64,000 nucleotides of DNA from Tubiluchus corallicola. Its lineage: Eukaryota; Animalia; Priapulida. The stretch spans positions 62,001 to 126,000 of the forward strand of contig JAQGDQ010000205.1 of NCBI GenBank assembly GCA_030141605.1. The letters are read 5' to 3'. Below, piece after piece: positions 12,016-26,200 of this stretch. The position numbers and the translations under genes are program-made. The notes under the pieces were generated by a model. It had not been told where the DNA came from. It was given only the letters and a program-made list of their open reading frames with translations, and searched no databases. Each line of letters opens with the position of its first letter. Position 1 is the first letter of the stretch.

Positions 12016-13363
12016 TGAATTCAAATGTGAATGACAGATATTTGTAGTTACATGCAGAAAACCTCGATCCTGTTCGCCTGCCTTTATACCCGAGCTAGGA
12101 AACTGTGGAATTGTTAAATTCAAATTTTCGAAGATTGCTAGAACCAATATTTTGTAAAGTATAATATGTAACTTGTAATTTTGCAGATTCTGTGATTCAT
12201 AAAAGATCATTTCACAGCTTTTAACTATCAAAACCAATTATCTTGTTAGTGATTTTGTAAACGTCACGATACAAGATCATTGACAAGATAATTGGTTTTG
12301 ATAGTTAAAAGTCGCATTTGATATTTATTAACTGTAATGTTGTACATGGAACTATTGATGAGCATAAAGGAAAATGAATATTAGTCACTAAATGTGCATA
12401 CCTTAAATTATTTATTTGTGGTTTCACACAACCTTCTTAATAACAAGTTTGCTGACAAACGCAACACTTCCTATGTAGTGAGTTTTCGTTTAACAACCAA
12501 ACATGTACATTTTAACAACTTAACAATGTCACAATTTATTGTTTCATTCTGTGTTGTATTTATTGATTGGGACTACAAAAATATTTCAAAGTAAAATGTT
12601 TTTTTCCAGAGTACGAAAAGTGGGTAAACCAAGGGTAAAATTAAGCCAAAATATCATTGACACAAACTGTGATATGTACGCAAGTTGCAAAAACGTTAAA
12701 AAAATTCTCATTGTTGTCAACCTTATGATTAATTTTCTCATAACAGTATAGTGCACTGGAAATCAATTATTTTAAGGAATTTAAGCATCATTATGTGAAA
12801 TGATACAGTACTGCCAGAACCTGCGAGGAAGCAGAATCAAAGTTAATCTAGCAACAAGTTAGAAAATAATAATAAAAATAACTCATGAAAGTTAATTACA
12901 GTAAATCTAATCAACAACAATTAAATATGTAAATGAAAACCAGGCAAATCAGGAATCCTTGCAATCCTTGCAAGTTGAAAAGGAACGAATCATACCAATG
13001 AACTATGGGTCAAAGAGAAACCATTTCATAGATAAGAGTTTTTATGGTACTAGGTTGTTTTAAGGTACCGGTAAAGCAGTAAAAACCTGAGTAATTAGTG
13101 ATAAATATATGCACTCAGCAGGTAGATTTTAAGCACAGTATGTTATAAACGAGATAAGCAACAATTTGATGCTATAACAGTCTAAACTATGTCTGTACCT
13201 AGATGTTTAAGCACACATATAGTAGGAAATTACATGACTAACGCACAACAATCTTATGCAAATTGTGTGATTGACTACTGTAATAACATTTCAACAACTA
13301 GTTATGTTTTATCTTTTAGTAAACAAATAATTCAATAACCCTTATAAAACATTTGGTTTATGA

Positions 13364-13673
13364 CAGTGGTTCCCAAACTGCGAGTCATGACGCGCAAAAG
13401 GGCCATGAGCCTTTTTCTGGGGGTCATGGAGGGTCCAACTGTATGTACATTCTGCTCGCCGGATGCTTGTATCAAAAAACAAATACATCCTTCACATTAA
13501 AATACATGATTAAATCTGTCCTTGTTAATAAAAATTAATAAACAATAGTAAAAATTCTTTTGTCATTGCTTTCTCATTTGCTGTCATTTGTCAAATGCTT
13601 ATAAAGATGCGGGTCATAATAGATTTGGCACTACTGAAAGGGGTCACGTATTGGAAAAGCTTGGGAAACACTG
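13364..13673. mobile_element. hAT (Charlie/MER5-like) MITE
   Basis: TIRs CAGTGGTTCCCAAAC...GCTTGGGAAACACTG. 8-bp TSD GTTTATGA / GTTTGTGA. Confidence 0.8.
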
Positions 13674-14261
13674 GTTTGTGAGATAAGAAATATTGATTTT
13701 TTTGCTTTTAAAGTGTATCTCAATAGTTTTACTTATTTCCTATGCCATTGTTTTATTTAACAATGATTCGCTTAGTGATATATTTTGTTAAAATACATTC
13801 ATATCTTTATGTGCAAACCTCCTGTAATTCATCTTATTAACTTCTCTCAGTTATGAAAATAAACTGTGACACTTAACTAGATTTCACTTTAAATAGCATT
13901 AACCAACAAGGAAGTGCACATGTAAGCTGTCCAACATAACAAATTAATCAACATAAAGAAAAACTGGAAACTGGAGAAAAGGCAAATCTAACTACAAAAA
14001 GAAACATACTTAACAAAACACCTACAAATTGTCATGTCTAGAGCTGAAAATATACTTTTCTGTCATTTTAATTATAAAACGCTTATTTTAAAATCAAGTT
14101 AACCATCACTCACACCTTGATTGTCTACAATATTTAAAAACACATCAGTTTGGCAAGATGTAACAATGCAAAAAGTTACTTACAAACTATACAAATACTT
14201 CTATAGAAAATTTGCTGCTATAATACATAGCATTACCCAATTAAGTAGCAAGTGGCAGCTG

Positions 14262-17200
14262 TCATCTGTGAGATCTGAAATCATCGGTAAGTGACTTCAC
14301 CAGGTCTGATGTAGTTAGTCTCTTGTTTAACATACCTGAATAATAATCATGAAATTATTACACCAATCAAAAAAATGTAAACTATCTATCGAATAACGTG
14401 AATACCAATTGGAAATAAAAAAATGAATAAAACAGATCAGATATGACTATTGAAAAAGTAAAATTTAGTTTTTGACAAGATGTCGTTGCTGTACTATATT
14501 ACTTTACAACCAACAGAAAAAACTTGTAATTGGGTGCTAAAATCTGTTCGCAAGGATCAAGTTAAAGATCCATTTTATATGAGACTTTCGTTCTTCACTA
14601 CATAAAGGTGCATATCTCAGTTGTTGCAATTTTAATTTGAAATATTTACTCATTAAAAACAGTTTTCAGTATATAAAATTGCTTCACACTTTGCTGTCAT
14701 ACCTGCACCTTTCCAGATAAATTAACTATCTGAATTTCAAATTTGAATTAAAAGTTATTTTTTCTCCATCAATAACCACTTCCACTCTGTAAGGGTGCAA
14801 TAGTTAAATAGTCTACATGTAAACAGGGCCTAATTGCTAGTAATAAATGAAAAGGAAAAAGGATATGAGAGGACCAAAGGGTCATCAAGTCAGCCATCCT
14901 TTTAACATGTTAAAATTAAATGATCACAGGCTGCACTAGACAGTAATGAAGTACAGACTATAAATCAATTTGACCAGCTTGATTTCCTAAATTAGTGTTT
15001 TAAAAAAACTGAGGTAACTAACATATAATTTTATGTATATTTGCAGTTAAGTTGATAAATAAATGAATGTTTAATTTAACAATATTAAAATATATTATGT
15101 TACAGTGACAGAAAACAAACACTAAGTATAGCTTAACCAGTAATATGCAATCTTTAGTAATCTTCATCAAATAAGTCTGAGAGCATTGTTATTAAAATAT
15201 AGCAGTAACGATAAAATAAACCCATCATTTTTAATTTTTTAAAACAGAGAAAACGTAATTTATTAATTATTTGTAATAGATATGATGCTTTATTACTACC
15301 TAATGGCATTCTTCACAGCCAAGAAAACAACTGTGAAGAATTTAGGTACTGTGATAAGCATATAAGTTCAACCAATAACAATTATACATCATATTTTGCC
15401 TGTACTTTCATTTACAAAGCATAATAAACTGTCAAGTTGAAATAATACAATGAAGTACAAGAAATTCAGTGATTATTCACACCTTCAACTAAACTCCTTG
15501 GTGGCTTTCCACCGCCATGAGCCAAAACTTCTCTTCTGTACACTTCCCCCATTTCCCTGGAAGAAAATGAAAAAAAAAATACAAAACAGTTTGGTCTTGA
15601 ACTAGAAACCTCAGAGTTTCAAACTCCAGCACAATTAATCAGTTTCCAAATCTATATTAATAACTCTTCGGTCCATGTAGCATATTTAAATTTTAGTGAA
15701 CGAACATCAGAATAATCACTAGAAATTACTAGCTAACCATAATTTTCTAGGACGGGGTGGAACAGAATGACCTGGGATATTAGTGAATTATATGTAATTA
15801 TAAACTCAAGCATACAAAAGACAGAATAAATCACGTTATATGCTTATTTTTGCCACTAATTAATAATATTAAAATTAGGATGAATTATGAATCCGGTTAT
15901 AAAACTGTAAAATCAAAGAAATTCTCACCTGTTAAATGGGTCATCAAGAAAACAATCGTGCCAGATTTTTGAAGCTACCGCTCTTGACATGAGGTAGGCA
16001 TAGTACTTTGCTCCATAACCAACAAGATGAGCAAATCTTAAGTGCCAAGTCTAGAAATAAAACGCAAAGCACAATGTGCTTTTACATAGAATCATATCAA
16101 ATCACACAATAAACTTTTGATTCACTTATCAAATTATATCACCAGGATAAAAATTGTCTAATTTCAGAAACTGCCGTTTTACTAGAGGTTTTTTTTACAA
16201 ACAATTAAAAAAATATTCTTGAAAGAAAATATAAAACAGCAAAAAAGGCAATTCTAGCAAAATCCATGTGGGTAGATTCATCTAAAATTTTACAATCCAC
16301 TAGATTGTTTTTCAAATTAATGAATCACAGAAACAAGTTTTTGTGTTTTAATTTTGTCAGCCATCATGCAGTCCAATGGCGTGCAGAAGTTTGATGATGC
16401 CTGGGTCCCAACTCCTTGCCTGTATGCCCCTAGGACTCAAGCAGGGGGCCTATAAGGCCTATTACTGAGAAATGTGAGAAAAGAAAACATTTTAAATATG
16501 TAAAAACAGATGAAATGTGAAATAAACACTTTATTCAAATTAAATATAAATCTGCCCCATTTATTAAATTCAGCTGCCCTAATGAGATCTCCTGTCAGAA
16601 AAAATTTGAACTACTTCATTCTTTACATCAACTGTGAGGAATTCCATTTCAATGCTGATTGAAGCCAGGTTGGTCAGTCGCTCTTGGGACATGGAAGCCC
16701 TCAGATGTGTTCTTATTGATTTCAGTTTAGTGACCTTTCACAACTTGCAATTGAAAATACAATGGTAAACTGTAAACTGTATGCAACGCACATTATCTTA
16801 ATCTACTTACGCTACTTTATATAATCTCAAATGGCATTATTTAGATGTAACAGATTTTCTACTCCGGTTTCACATTCACACCAGCTTGTGGTACTGTAGG
16901 GTGCTTGTACAACAAAGTTAGCGGGACAATTTCAAATTTCAAAAACTAGACTTTTATTTTGTTCTTTGATTGGATGCCCAGGGCCATAGCACCCTCTGCC
17001 CAGCCCATGCACGCTATTGATACAGTCATACTTAAAAAGCATTCATACAGTCGTTTAAACACAGTCAATAATTATAAACACTTACAGTATTAGGAACATG
17101 AGGTAGACAATAATACTTGTTCTGTGTCTCAGCTAAAATCTCAGTTAGTCCTGGTTCTAATGGATGTTTACCATGAAAACGTTGGTCTAATATAGAATAG

Positions 17201-20200
17201 AATATCTGAAATAAGAATTATTACTGTCAAGCTCATTAGTGTTACAAACTGATCTCATTTCATGTGATCGATTACCTACTTCTATATAGTCATACCAGTA
17301 TAAGATCAGAGCAATTCACTTTCAACGGAATAAACAAAAACTAATAATGACTGCAAAATTATTATTCCCATTAATTGCTAAGCAAACAACAACCAATCCT
17401 GTCAATGTTTACAGTTTGCAAAGTAGATGTTTGTATATTGAAGCTACACTTACTTTTACAAATCTTATACACAAAAAAATATCATCACTATTCAAATACA
17501 TCTTTTTTCGTACGATATTTACCAAAGGATATATAAGCGTTTTACATTCTGTAAAACAAACAGGAAAAACTAAGATAAATTTTAAAAGACCATTACCTGC
17601 AACTGACATTCACAAGCATTAAACATGTATTTTGAAGTACACAAGCTCGTCAACATGTGCTCAGGTATTGTTTTACCTGTCTTGTAATGCCTGGCAAAGC
17701 TTCTCAACACCTGTATGGACATAAATAGAAGTACGAAGCATTATAAAAAAGAACTCAGTCTTGAGGTAAGTGGAATAGCCAAGTTGTTGTGAAGTTAATC
17801 ATCACAGGTCTGTAGACTGGCTGGATGGGTGGCCACCAGAAAAACATCTTATGGGTAGTGTTTGCAGCTAGGGCATATCTGCAGATTCATTGTTTCTTTT
17901 TAGACTATCTTTACCGGCTCTAGCCAGGAGAGTTTCAAACTACATAAAAAGGATTTAAAGAAAAACAAGATGATTTTTATAACTACCTCATTTTGAAGTA
18001 CAGTAAGAAATACATTTTAACAACTGTTTTACAATCTAAGAGTTTCTGATTCTGTTTCTGACTTAATTAATGATGAATGAGCAAAAGTAATGATGACATC
18101 ACAACAGAACATAATTTTTAACAGCACAAATATTCCATGAGCTCGGTGTCCATGTTTGGAAAAGCGAAAACTGAAGTACAACGCTACTGTACAACATATA
18201 CACTTTTATACAAAACCTGGCAAATTCTAAGTTTAAAATTCAAATTTGAAGTTTACTGCTGTGTTCACGCAAAAGCTCTCGAACACGTGCACTATGTCAC
18301 AAATGAACAACTCTGAATTGAGAGGTACAATGCCTATTTTTCGTGCAACGTGTTTCTGAGATGCAAGCTTTAGTGCCTATTTAATGGTAAAATGGTGAAC
18401 TGCAGCTAACAACAAAGAGCTAGCAGTTTAAATTACGTTTCTGTGGTAACAATTCTTCCACGTAAGCAGTCATTCTTGAAAAAAATAGTACATTCCATTT
18501 CAATATAAGACTGGATCCAGTTTTCCTTTAACCCACTAAAATAACAACAAATTTATCTAACGTATTGAAAACGGTATCATAAACAAGCAATTTTAGAGTA
18601 AACGACTCAGTGTATTGCACTTGCACAATTTCCACCTCAAATGTCATTTTTGATTTTAATTCTTGCATCAAATTAAATAAGTATTCTGGAAAAATATTTA
18701 CTCTTGGATCAGATGCAAAGTACTCCATTAAGACTGACGGAACTTCAGCAAAGTCTGTTGAACATCGAGTACCTGTAAAACAACTTCATTATTCTTAGTC
18801 AAAAACAAAAAATGAATTGTAGCTAATTGAGATATATATAATACAGTAAAAATACTCTATCTATGCCAGTCCTTCATCAGGCTGATCTAATCTTGAATAA
18901 AGGGTTAAACAATTGAAAACTGTGATTCAAATTGTCCAAATCAAATCATTATAAACAATGCTTAATAAATTGTTTTTTAATATACAATGGCTTTAAAAAT
19001 ACATAATACTTGGAAAAACTGTGTTCTTACAATTCTTACCTTAGGAACTTTATGACTTTTCTTCACTTTACAAATTTGATTAAATACTTTTCTGACAAAA
19101 TCAGTATAACATTTTAATTTTGAGTATTAATACAATTTCTTCAGGAGCAAAATTTTAAAAATAATGAAACTAACCAACAGCTTAAATTTTATTCACCTGT
19201 TACGTGTTGATATTTTGTACGACCCAGCATGGAATGCATGGCATGACCCATCTCATGAAACAAGTTCTCCATCATTCCAGGAGTGAGAAGGGACGGGGCT
19301 GTCCAAGATGGTGCAGGAAGATTCAACAAAATCACCACAATTGGCATCTGAATTAAAACGAGAATTATATCTCACACACTACGAAAAATAATAAATTGAA
19401 AATTGTTTATTTATATTTCTGTTAATGCAGTCTCCATTAATGAGGTTTGTGTTTGTTTGCACAGCTTACAATCCATAGAAGTAAAAATATAAAAAAACAA
19501 TATAAAAAATAAACAACAGCCTAATTAATATTACACAAAAGCAAGGTTGTAAAACTTGATTACAATTAAAAGAAAATAAAATACATTGTAACTAAAGACT
19601 ATTTATAAGAAATTACGCGAGTTTCTTTTAAATATTTCAAATTTTGTAATTAATTCGGTTTTAATTGAATACTGATTGTAAGGCTAACTTGCCCTGACTA
19701 TAAAACAGAATTACATTTTGCAGTAGGAATAAAAAGTATATTTGACTGTCTAGTGGTCCGAGAGATCATATTACAATTGAAATTTACCTGATATACATGT
19801 AAGTTGGGTGTTTAGTGATTAAGATTTTGTCAGTAAGCAAACATCAGCAAATATAGCTAATTCTTTAGCAAATAAACATTTCAAATTTATAATCACGTCA
19901 GATACTGAAACAAATGCCAGATATGTAGTGTGTATTTTCACAAAGTCGGCAATAACCCTGTCTAGCTTAACAGCACATCATAGTCCCACTTCACAACACA
20001 TTATGGTCCCACTTCACAACACATCATGGTCCCACTTAACAACACATCACTGTCCCACTTAACAACACATCATGGTCCCACTTCACAACACATCATGGTC
20101 CCACTCCACAACACCTCATGGTCCCACTTAACAACACATCATGGTCCTACTCCACAACACATCATGGTCCCACTCCACAATACATCATGGTCCCACTTCA

Positions 20201-23200
20201 CAACACATCATGGTCCCACTTCACAACACATCATGGTCCCACTTAACAACACATCACTGTCCCACTTAACAAAACATCATGGTCCCACTTCACAACACAT
20301 CATGGTCCCACTCCACAACACCTCATGGTCCCACTTAACAACACATCATGGTCCCACTCCACAACACATCATGGTCCCACTTCACAACACATCATGGTCC
20401 CACTTCACAACACATCATGGTCCCAGAAACTAATTAAAGAGGTGCAAATAAGTAAGTACAGCAGCTATTTACACATAAAGTACAGCAGTATTATGAAAAC
20501 AAATGTAAGGGAATTGAGCAGTTCACTGATCGAGGATGTTTACCAGCTACTGCAGTCGAAATGTTTAAACTGGAAACTTTGGATTCTACAGTGCTCCCCT
20601 GGAATGCATTACGAAAACAAGTGGTTTTGGTTGAGCACATAAATAAATTCAAAAATCGACTTGTTAAATGCTGGGCTGCCTATTGCCACTCTACACGTTC
20701 ACAGGAGCTTTATGGAGCCTTTTGCATACCGTAAGATCCATGACTACTGTTTGCTGCCACTGTTCCTGCTAACACGGTGGCTTCTTTAAATTATGTTTAT
20801 TAGTAGCTGATACCGATGTTTTTGGTGTGATAAAATGAGCAACCTAAAGTAAATGGTAAACGACTGCCATCTGCAGAGATGACAAATGGCAAATGAAAGT
20901 TTTTATGCTTTATTTTTATTGTTATAATAATAGAAAACATACAAATCCGTTTCGTTTGTATGCTTTACTTTACGATAAATATGTTTTTTTTACCTGATAA
21001 GTACCATCCTCAAGACGACGACCACCCTGTATTGTGAAGTGACAGTCTTGTTGAGGTTTTCCCATCCGTTCAAAAAAGTCGCAGTATATGTAACCAAGCA
21101 CTCCTTCTTCATCAACTACTGCCTATTAGATCAACATCTCAATAAAATTGTAATTTCACTGACTCTGTATTAAATTACTAACTGTAACATCAAGATTATC
21201 AACATCAACATCAATATTAATGTAACAATTCCTAAATTTTAAACAGCTATAGACGTTAATATGAACTATATGCTCAGATTGGCTCATCTATTATAGAGAC
21301 AGCAGTTTCTCCATCTCTTCTGTTACTGAACTGCTTCTCTAGTTATTCTGGCAATGCCGTCTAATACAGAACTTTTACACTCGATCTATTTCTTTCCGCA
21401 TTCTCACGTAATGTTTTACAATCAAAAGAAAGCAGTACTGATATGCAATGCCTCTCTGTCTAGCACCAAAGTACCATAAATTTTAGCCATATATACCTCA
21501 TTAATACATTTATAAATACAGTGTTGTTTTTCTGACAATGTAAATGCAAAATGAAGTGAGTGGTGAACATGACAACTAGGATTAGACATATACGTACATA
21601 CATATAATAAATTTTATTAGGCAATGCCAATATACCTCTGTGCAGGTCCCACAAAATACCACGAAAATGGTTTTATCGCACAATCATCATACTGAGTATG
21701 ATATGCAAAAAATGTATATTATTGATGATAATTGCATTACAAATGCTTAAAGTACAATACACTCATATCTTGGTTTGCCAGACAAAAGCAGGGAGACGTC
21801 GGTCCGAACTTGCCAATTGTCCGTATTTACTAATACAGTAACTGCTGTGTGTTAGACTCATGGTAATGTAGAATCAATCGCCTAATTGTCTCAAAAACGT
21901 CTAGTACAGGCTGTTCTTATGCAAAAGTACATAAAAACTGTCAGCAACTGACTCAAATAAGTCCGCTAATTCTATATTTTTATACATAAAGATATACAGG
22001 TGGTCACACTGATGTAATGATGCAAATAAGGTGATAGTCCGCCAACTAACGGACTGTGTCCGTAGTATGCGGGACTTTTAACGGTTCAGACATTGTCTGA
22101 TTCTTTGGATATCTGTAAAAGCGAGGTCCAGCAAACTGAGATATGAGTGTACGTTTGTTTTAAGCGAAAGAATACAGGACAGGTGTAAGTGGATGAACAT
22201 ATAAATATCTGAAAAAAACGAAAACAAAAATGTGGCAATAAAGAAGAAGCCTACCCATGAAATGGTACCACTTACCAACTTATAAACATCGTCTGACCAG
22301 ACCTCTTCCTGCTGTAGATCCTCATTTCGCAGTGTGACATTGTACAACTCTTGGAACAAATTATTTAAACCTTCCATGCATGCACCCAAAGAGAAATATG
22401 ATGCAAATTCCATCTGATCCACATTATACCTATAAAATAACACTTGTTTTCTCAAGACTGCATCATGTGAAATAGCTTTCAACTTTTGCTTAACTGTAGC
22501 AAAAACTATGATGCATTGGGACCTAAAGCAATTTTATTGCAGGCACAATTTTCTTCAGGTCTGCTTATTCATTACTATTCATTGCTATTTGGCTTTTGTA
22601 AATACACAATTAGTACTTAACTTGCTGTATCCATTTGTTTACTGGTCTGTTTATTCATTACCTATTTGGCGTCTGTTAACTACTTAATTAGTGCATAATA
22701 GGTTCCGCCTATATATACTGCTTGTATGTTTGTAAATTTATCGCTGATGATGACAGCAATACCTGGTTGAAACATTTTGCATGATTTTAACCTTAAACTC
22801 AATGTAAAAGTTTTTAATAGAGTTGTGTTATTTTTAACTAAAGCAATTTATTTCCGCCAAATTAAGCCTTAGATAAGCTTAAATCTAAAAGCAAATACTT
22901 TAAATGCAAATAAAATTGTTTGCAAAGCGATATTTTTGTGACATATTATTCTAAGTGAATTGCACAAGCCCTAAATAAATGATTATAAGCCGAATAATTA
23001 AATTATTTGTTTGCAGCAAGGAGAGAGCAATTACAGTGCAATTTTGGTAATTTATACACTTCCAATGTCCTATCAGTCAACATTAACTCCATGAATCCAT
23101 GCCACAAAATCTGCATCATGTTGTCTGGCAATGCGTTATTTAATTATGAGCAAAATGTTATTGTATTTAACTTAGTTCAGAGTTTTATTGGTACTATTAA

Positions 23201-26200
23201 AAGACTTTCCACTGATTGACTGCATCAACCTTCCTTCCTTTCTCTTATTTTTTATTTCAATCTATCCTACATGTTCCTTTCATCTTCCTCCTGATTTTGT
23301 TGTTGTTAAATTATTTTAACTTATAATTGTAATTCTGTATCTTGTGTCAATGATTATGCAAATAGCCGAGGCATATTATCAGCTTAATTGCTGTTTGCCA
23401 AAGATTATTTTCAGTTGAAAAATAAAAATATGTTTTGTAAAAAAACTAAATTATGTAATGGTGGATGAAAACAACACTATTTCTAGGCTGAACGATGACA
23501 ATATGTTTTCACAATTTACATTTAAACACTTTTGATGTTAAGCCAGCAAACCACATTTCAACGAACACTTGTTGAACAATAAAGAGACAAAAGTGATGCC
23601 TTTCATTTGCTAATCCCCCACACATATGGTGGCACATAGCATTATCCAGCCAGTCAGCAAATTACTGTAATTTACATGCCTGAAAATTATTGCATCAGGC
23701 TTTCATTATAAGTAAAACAAATTTGTTTCAAAATTTTCTTACAACAGTGTTCACTCACACTTCGTGTTTGGCCATTGCAGTATAAAAAGGAATATCCCAT
23801 GGATGAAGTGTTTCTGCAGATCCAGTCTTACTGGCTTTGTACTCCCTGATATATTTCAGATCCTTTTCCGCTTCCGGGCTAACACGATCAGCTAATGACT
23901 CTAGGAACTCCATGATCATTTCTACAGAATGTAAGATAAAAGTGATGTCAAACAGTAAAATGAATCTTCACAACATAATACTAGCATAAACATTTTTTAA
24001 CTTCTTCAGGACAGCATCACTTTTCTGTTACTGTACGAGCACAGACAAAACTAAATGATTACAAATTAGGTACTGTTCTATTCTAGTGAATCTTGGATAT
24101 TTAATCACGTTATTTGTTTAAGCATTTTTATGCAATTTAATTTGATAAAATTATTACACCCTTTTCAGGAACTCCAAATTCAATCTGTCAGTAAATAATC
24201 TTCATTCTATGCATAACAGTAGCCAGCTAACTTAATCATGTCTTTCTCAAGACTGTTTTCAGTCTTTAAAATAGATCAGATTCAGTGCGTATTTGACGTT
24301 TTATTTGTAAAATATGTATTTTTATTGTAAAATTACTGTGACTACAGACATTTTGTAATTAAATAAAGTATCTTTTTAATTATTATCATCATCACCATTA
24401 TTATTAATATAGTTAACATTATCATAATTACTACTGCTACTGCTGCTGCCACCACTGCCGCCGCCGCCACCACCAACACCACCACCACCACCACTAATAC
24501 TACTACTACTACAACAACAACTACTACTTACTACTACTTTACCGGGATTTTCTCCCATAGTTCCTCTTGTTGCTCTGTGTGCATAAGAGGGAAAACCACA
24601 CAGCTCTGACAGTTTATTACGACTTTTAAGGAGATTAATAAGTCTCGTCTCCTGTTGGTTGTCTTTATGAAAATACAGCCTGTATGCTGCTTCTCGGATC
24701 TGCAAATATAAGCAGGTAACTAATGAAAGAATGCTGATATTATTGCTTTGATGATTAGGACAAATGGGCAAGATATGAAGTCAGCTGCATTAAAAAAATG
24801 ACGACTGTTTACAACTTGCATTTGGATCAGAAATGGCAAGTTAAACTAATTTAAAACTGTAAGAAATGCTTGAATGAAACAAAGTAGAATGAATTCAGAC
24901 CCAAATTTACAAAGTAGTCTTTCATTAATAACACTATGGAGCTGAAAATAAAAGAACTGGTGCCACAAACGTTCACAATACCTAGAAAAATGATGTTAAG
25001 GTACGTTGAAATTGTAGGTAGGTAAAGGCACGGATATAAACTATCATTCAATGATTAGAACACACATATCAACAGATTTTTGTGCCCTTTTCTATGTGTA
25101 TTTATTGACAAGTGAAAAACACTACTTATAAAAGTTAAAGAAAAGTGCCAAGTTTTGAGCCTTTTAAAATGAAAGAAAAGCAGTACCATATCATTTGGAT
25201 TTTCACCATGTGTTCCAGCTATAATAATGCTGTCACCTTGCTGAGGAAAACTAAACAAAAACAAACAAACAAACAAGCCATTTTTAAACAGCCACAATAG
25301 CCACAAAATATTTTTTTGTGAAAACAGCAAATCTTCTATAAACTATCTGCATAAATGAGACCTTTATTTTGTCAATTTTTTTCAGTCAACCAGATTTGTT
25401 AAAAGTTCAAATGTACAAAAACGACAAATTTGCAGTAAAAAGTGCCATAAAATTTCTATCCACAGATAACACTAGCGTCTGCGGAAATAATAACTAACAA
25501 TCACTATTACTGAATTTTGAGTTTCCTTACCAACTCCTGAACTCAACTGGAAGACTTTCACGGTTTACCACAGTTGGTTGTTGAGTTCCTTCCATAAACG
25601 ATGCACCTATCTTTAATATATTCTCATTCAACAACACCACCTTTTGTCGCTAAAATAAAACAAAAAATGATAATTTGGAAATCTGCACACTCACAGGCAT
25701 TCGCATTGTATCTGTTTCTGCAAAAACAACAACTAAAGAACATGTCAATGAAGCTTAAATGCAAAACTAGTAGATCCAGATGAGTAATTCTTTGTCAACT
25801 ATATTTCAAGTCTGGGTTGAAGTCTGACCAGACTTTTGGTGAAAAAATGTAACTCTTATCATCAACATTCACAGTTTTCTAAAGAAATACATGTTGGCCT
25901 GGAGAATTTAGGTATGTGTACGTTTATTCTACTTTTTATATCCAATTTACATTAGCAAATTTAAACTTTACTGAGACAGTCTATTCAACCACAATGCCCA
26001 GACTCAGACCGGGATTGTGCAAGGTAATGCAACCATTATCGTTTGTTCTAATTCAAACTAACAAGCAGAAAAGGACATTTATCAACAATCAAACTCCTAA
26101 GTCGCTACCCCTTTTTCATGCACCCCCGACACTTTTTTATGCATATTTTCTATCGCAGCTGTTAATTAACTATAGCACTTATTGTTTATCTTGTAATTCT

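Noticed and set aside
18860-18885. Further hammerhead remnant (minus CTGATGAAGGACTG); similar weak hints near 36945 and 47345
   Set aside because: Only half of the core is present, with no complete stems.
20026-20433. His/Thr-rich repetitive ORF or CRISPR-like array
   Set aside because: Head-to-tail 23-bp minisatellite with no unique spacers, in a eukaryotic intron.
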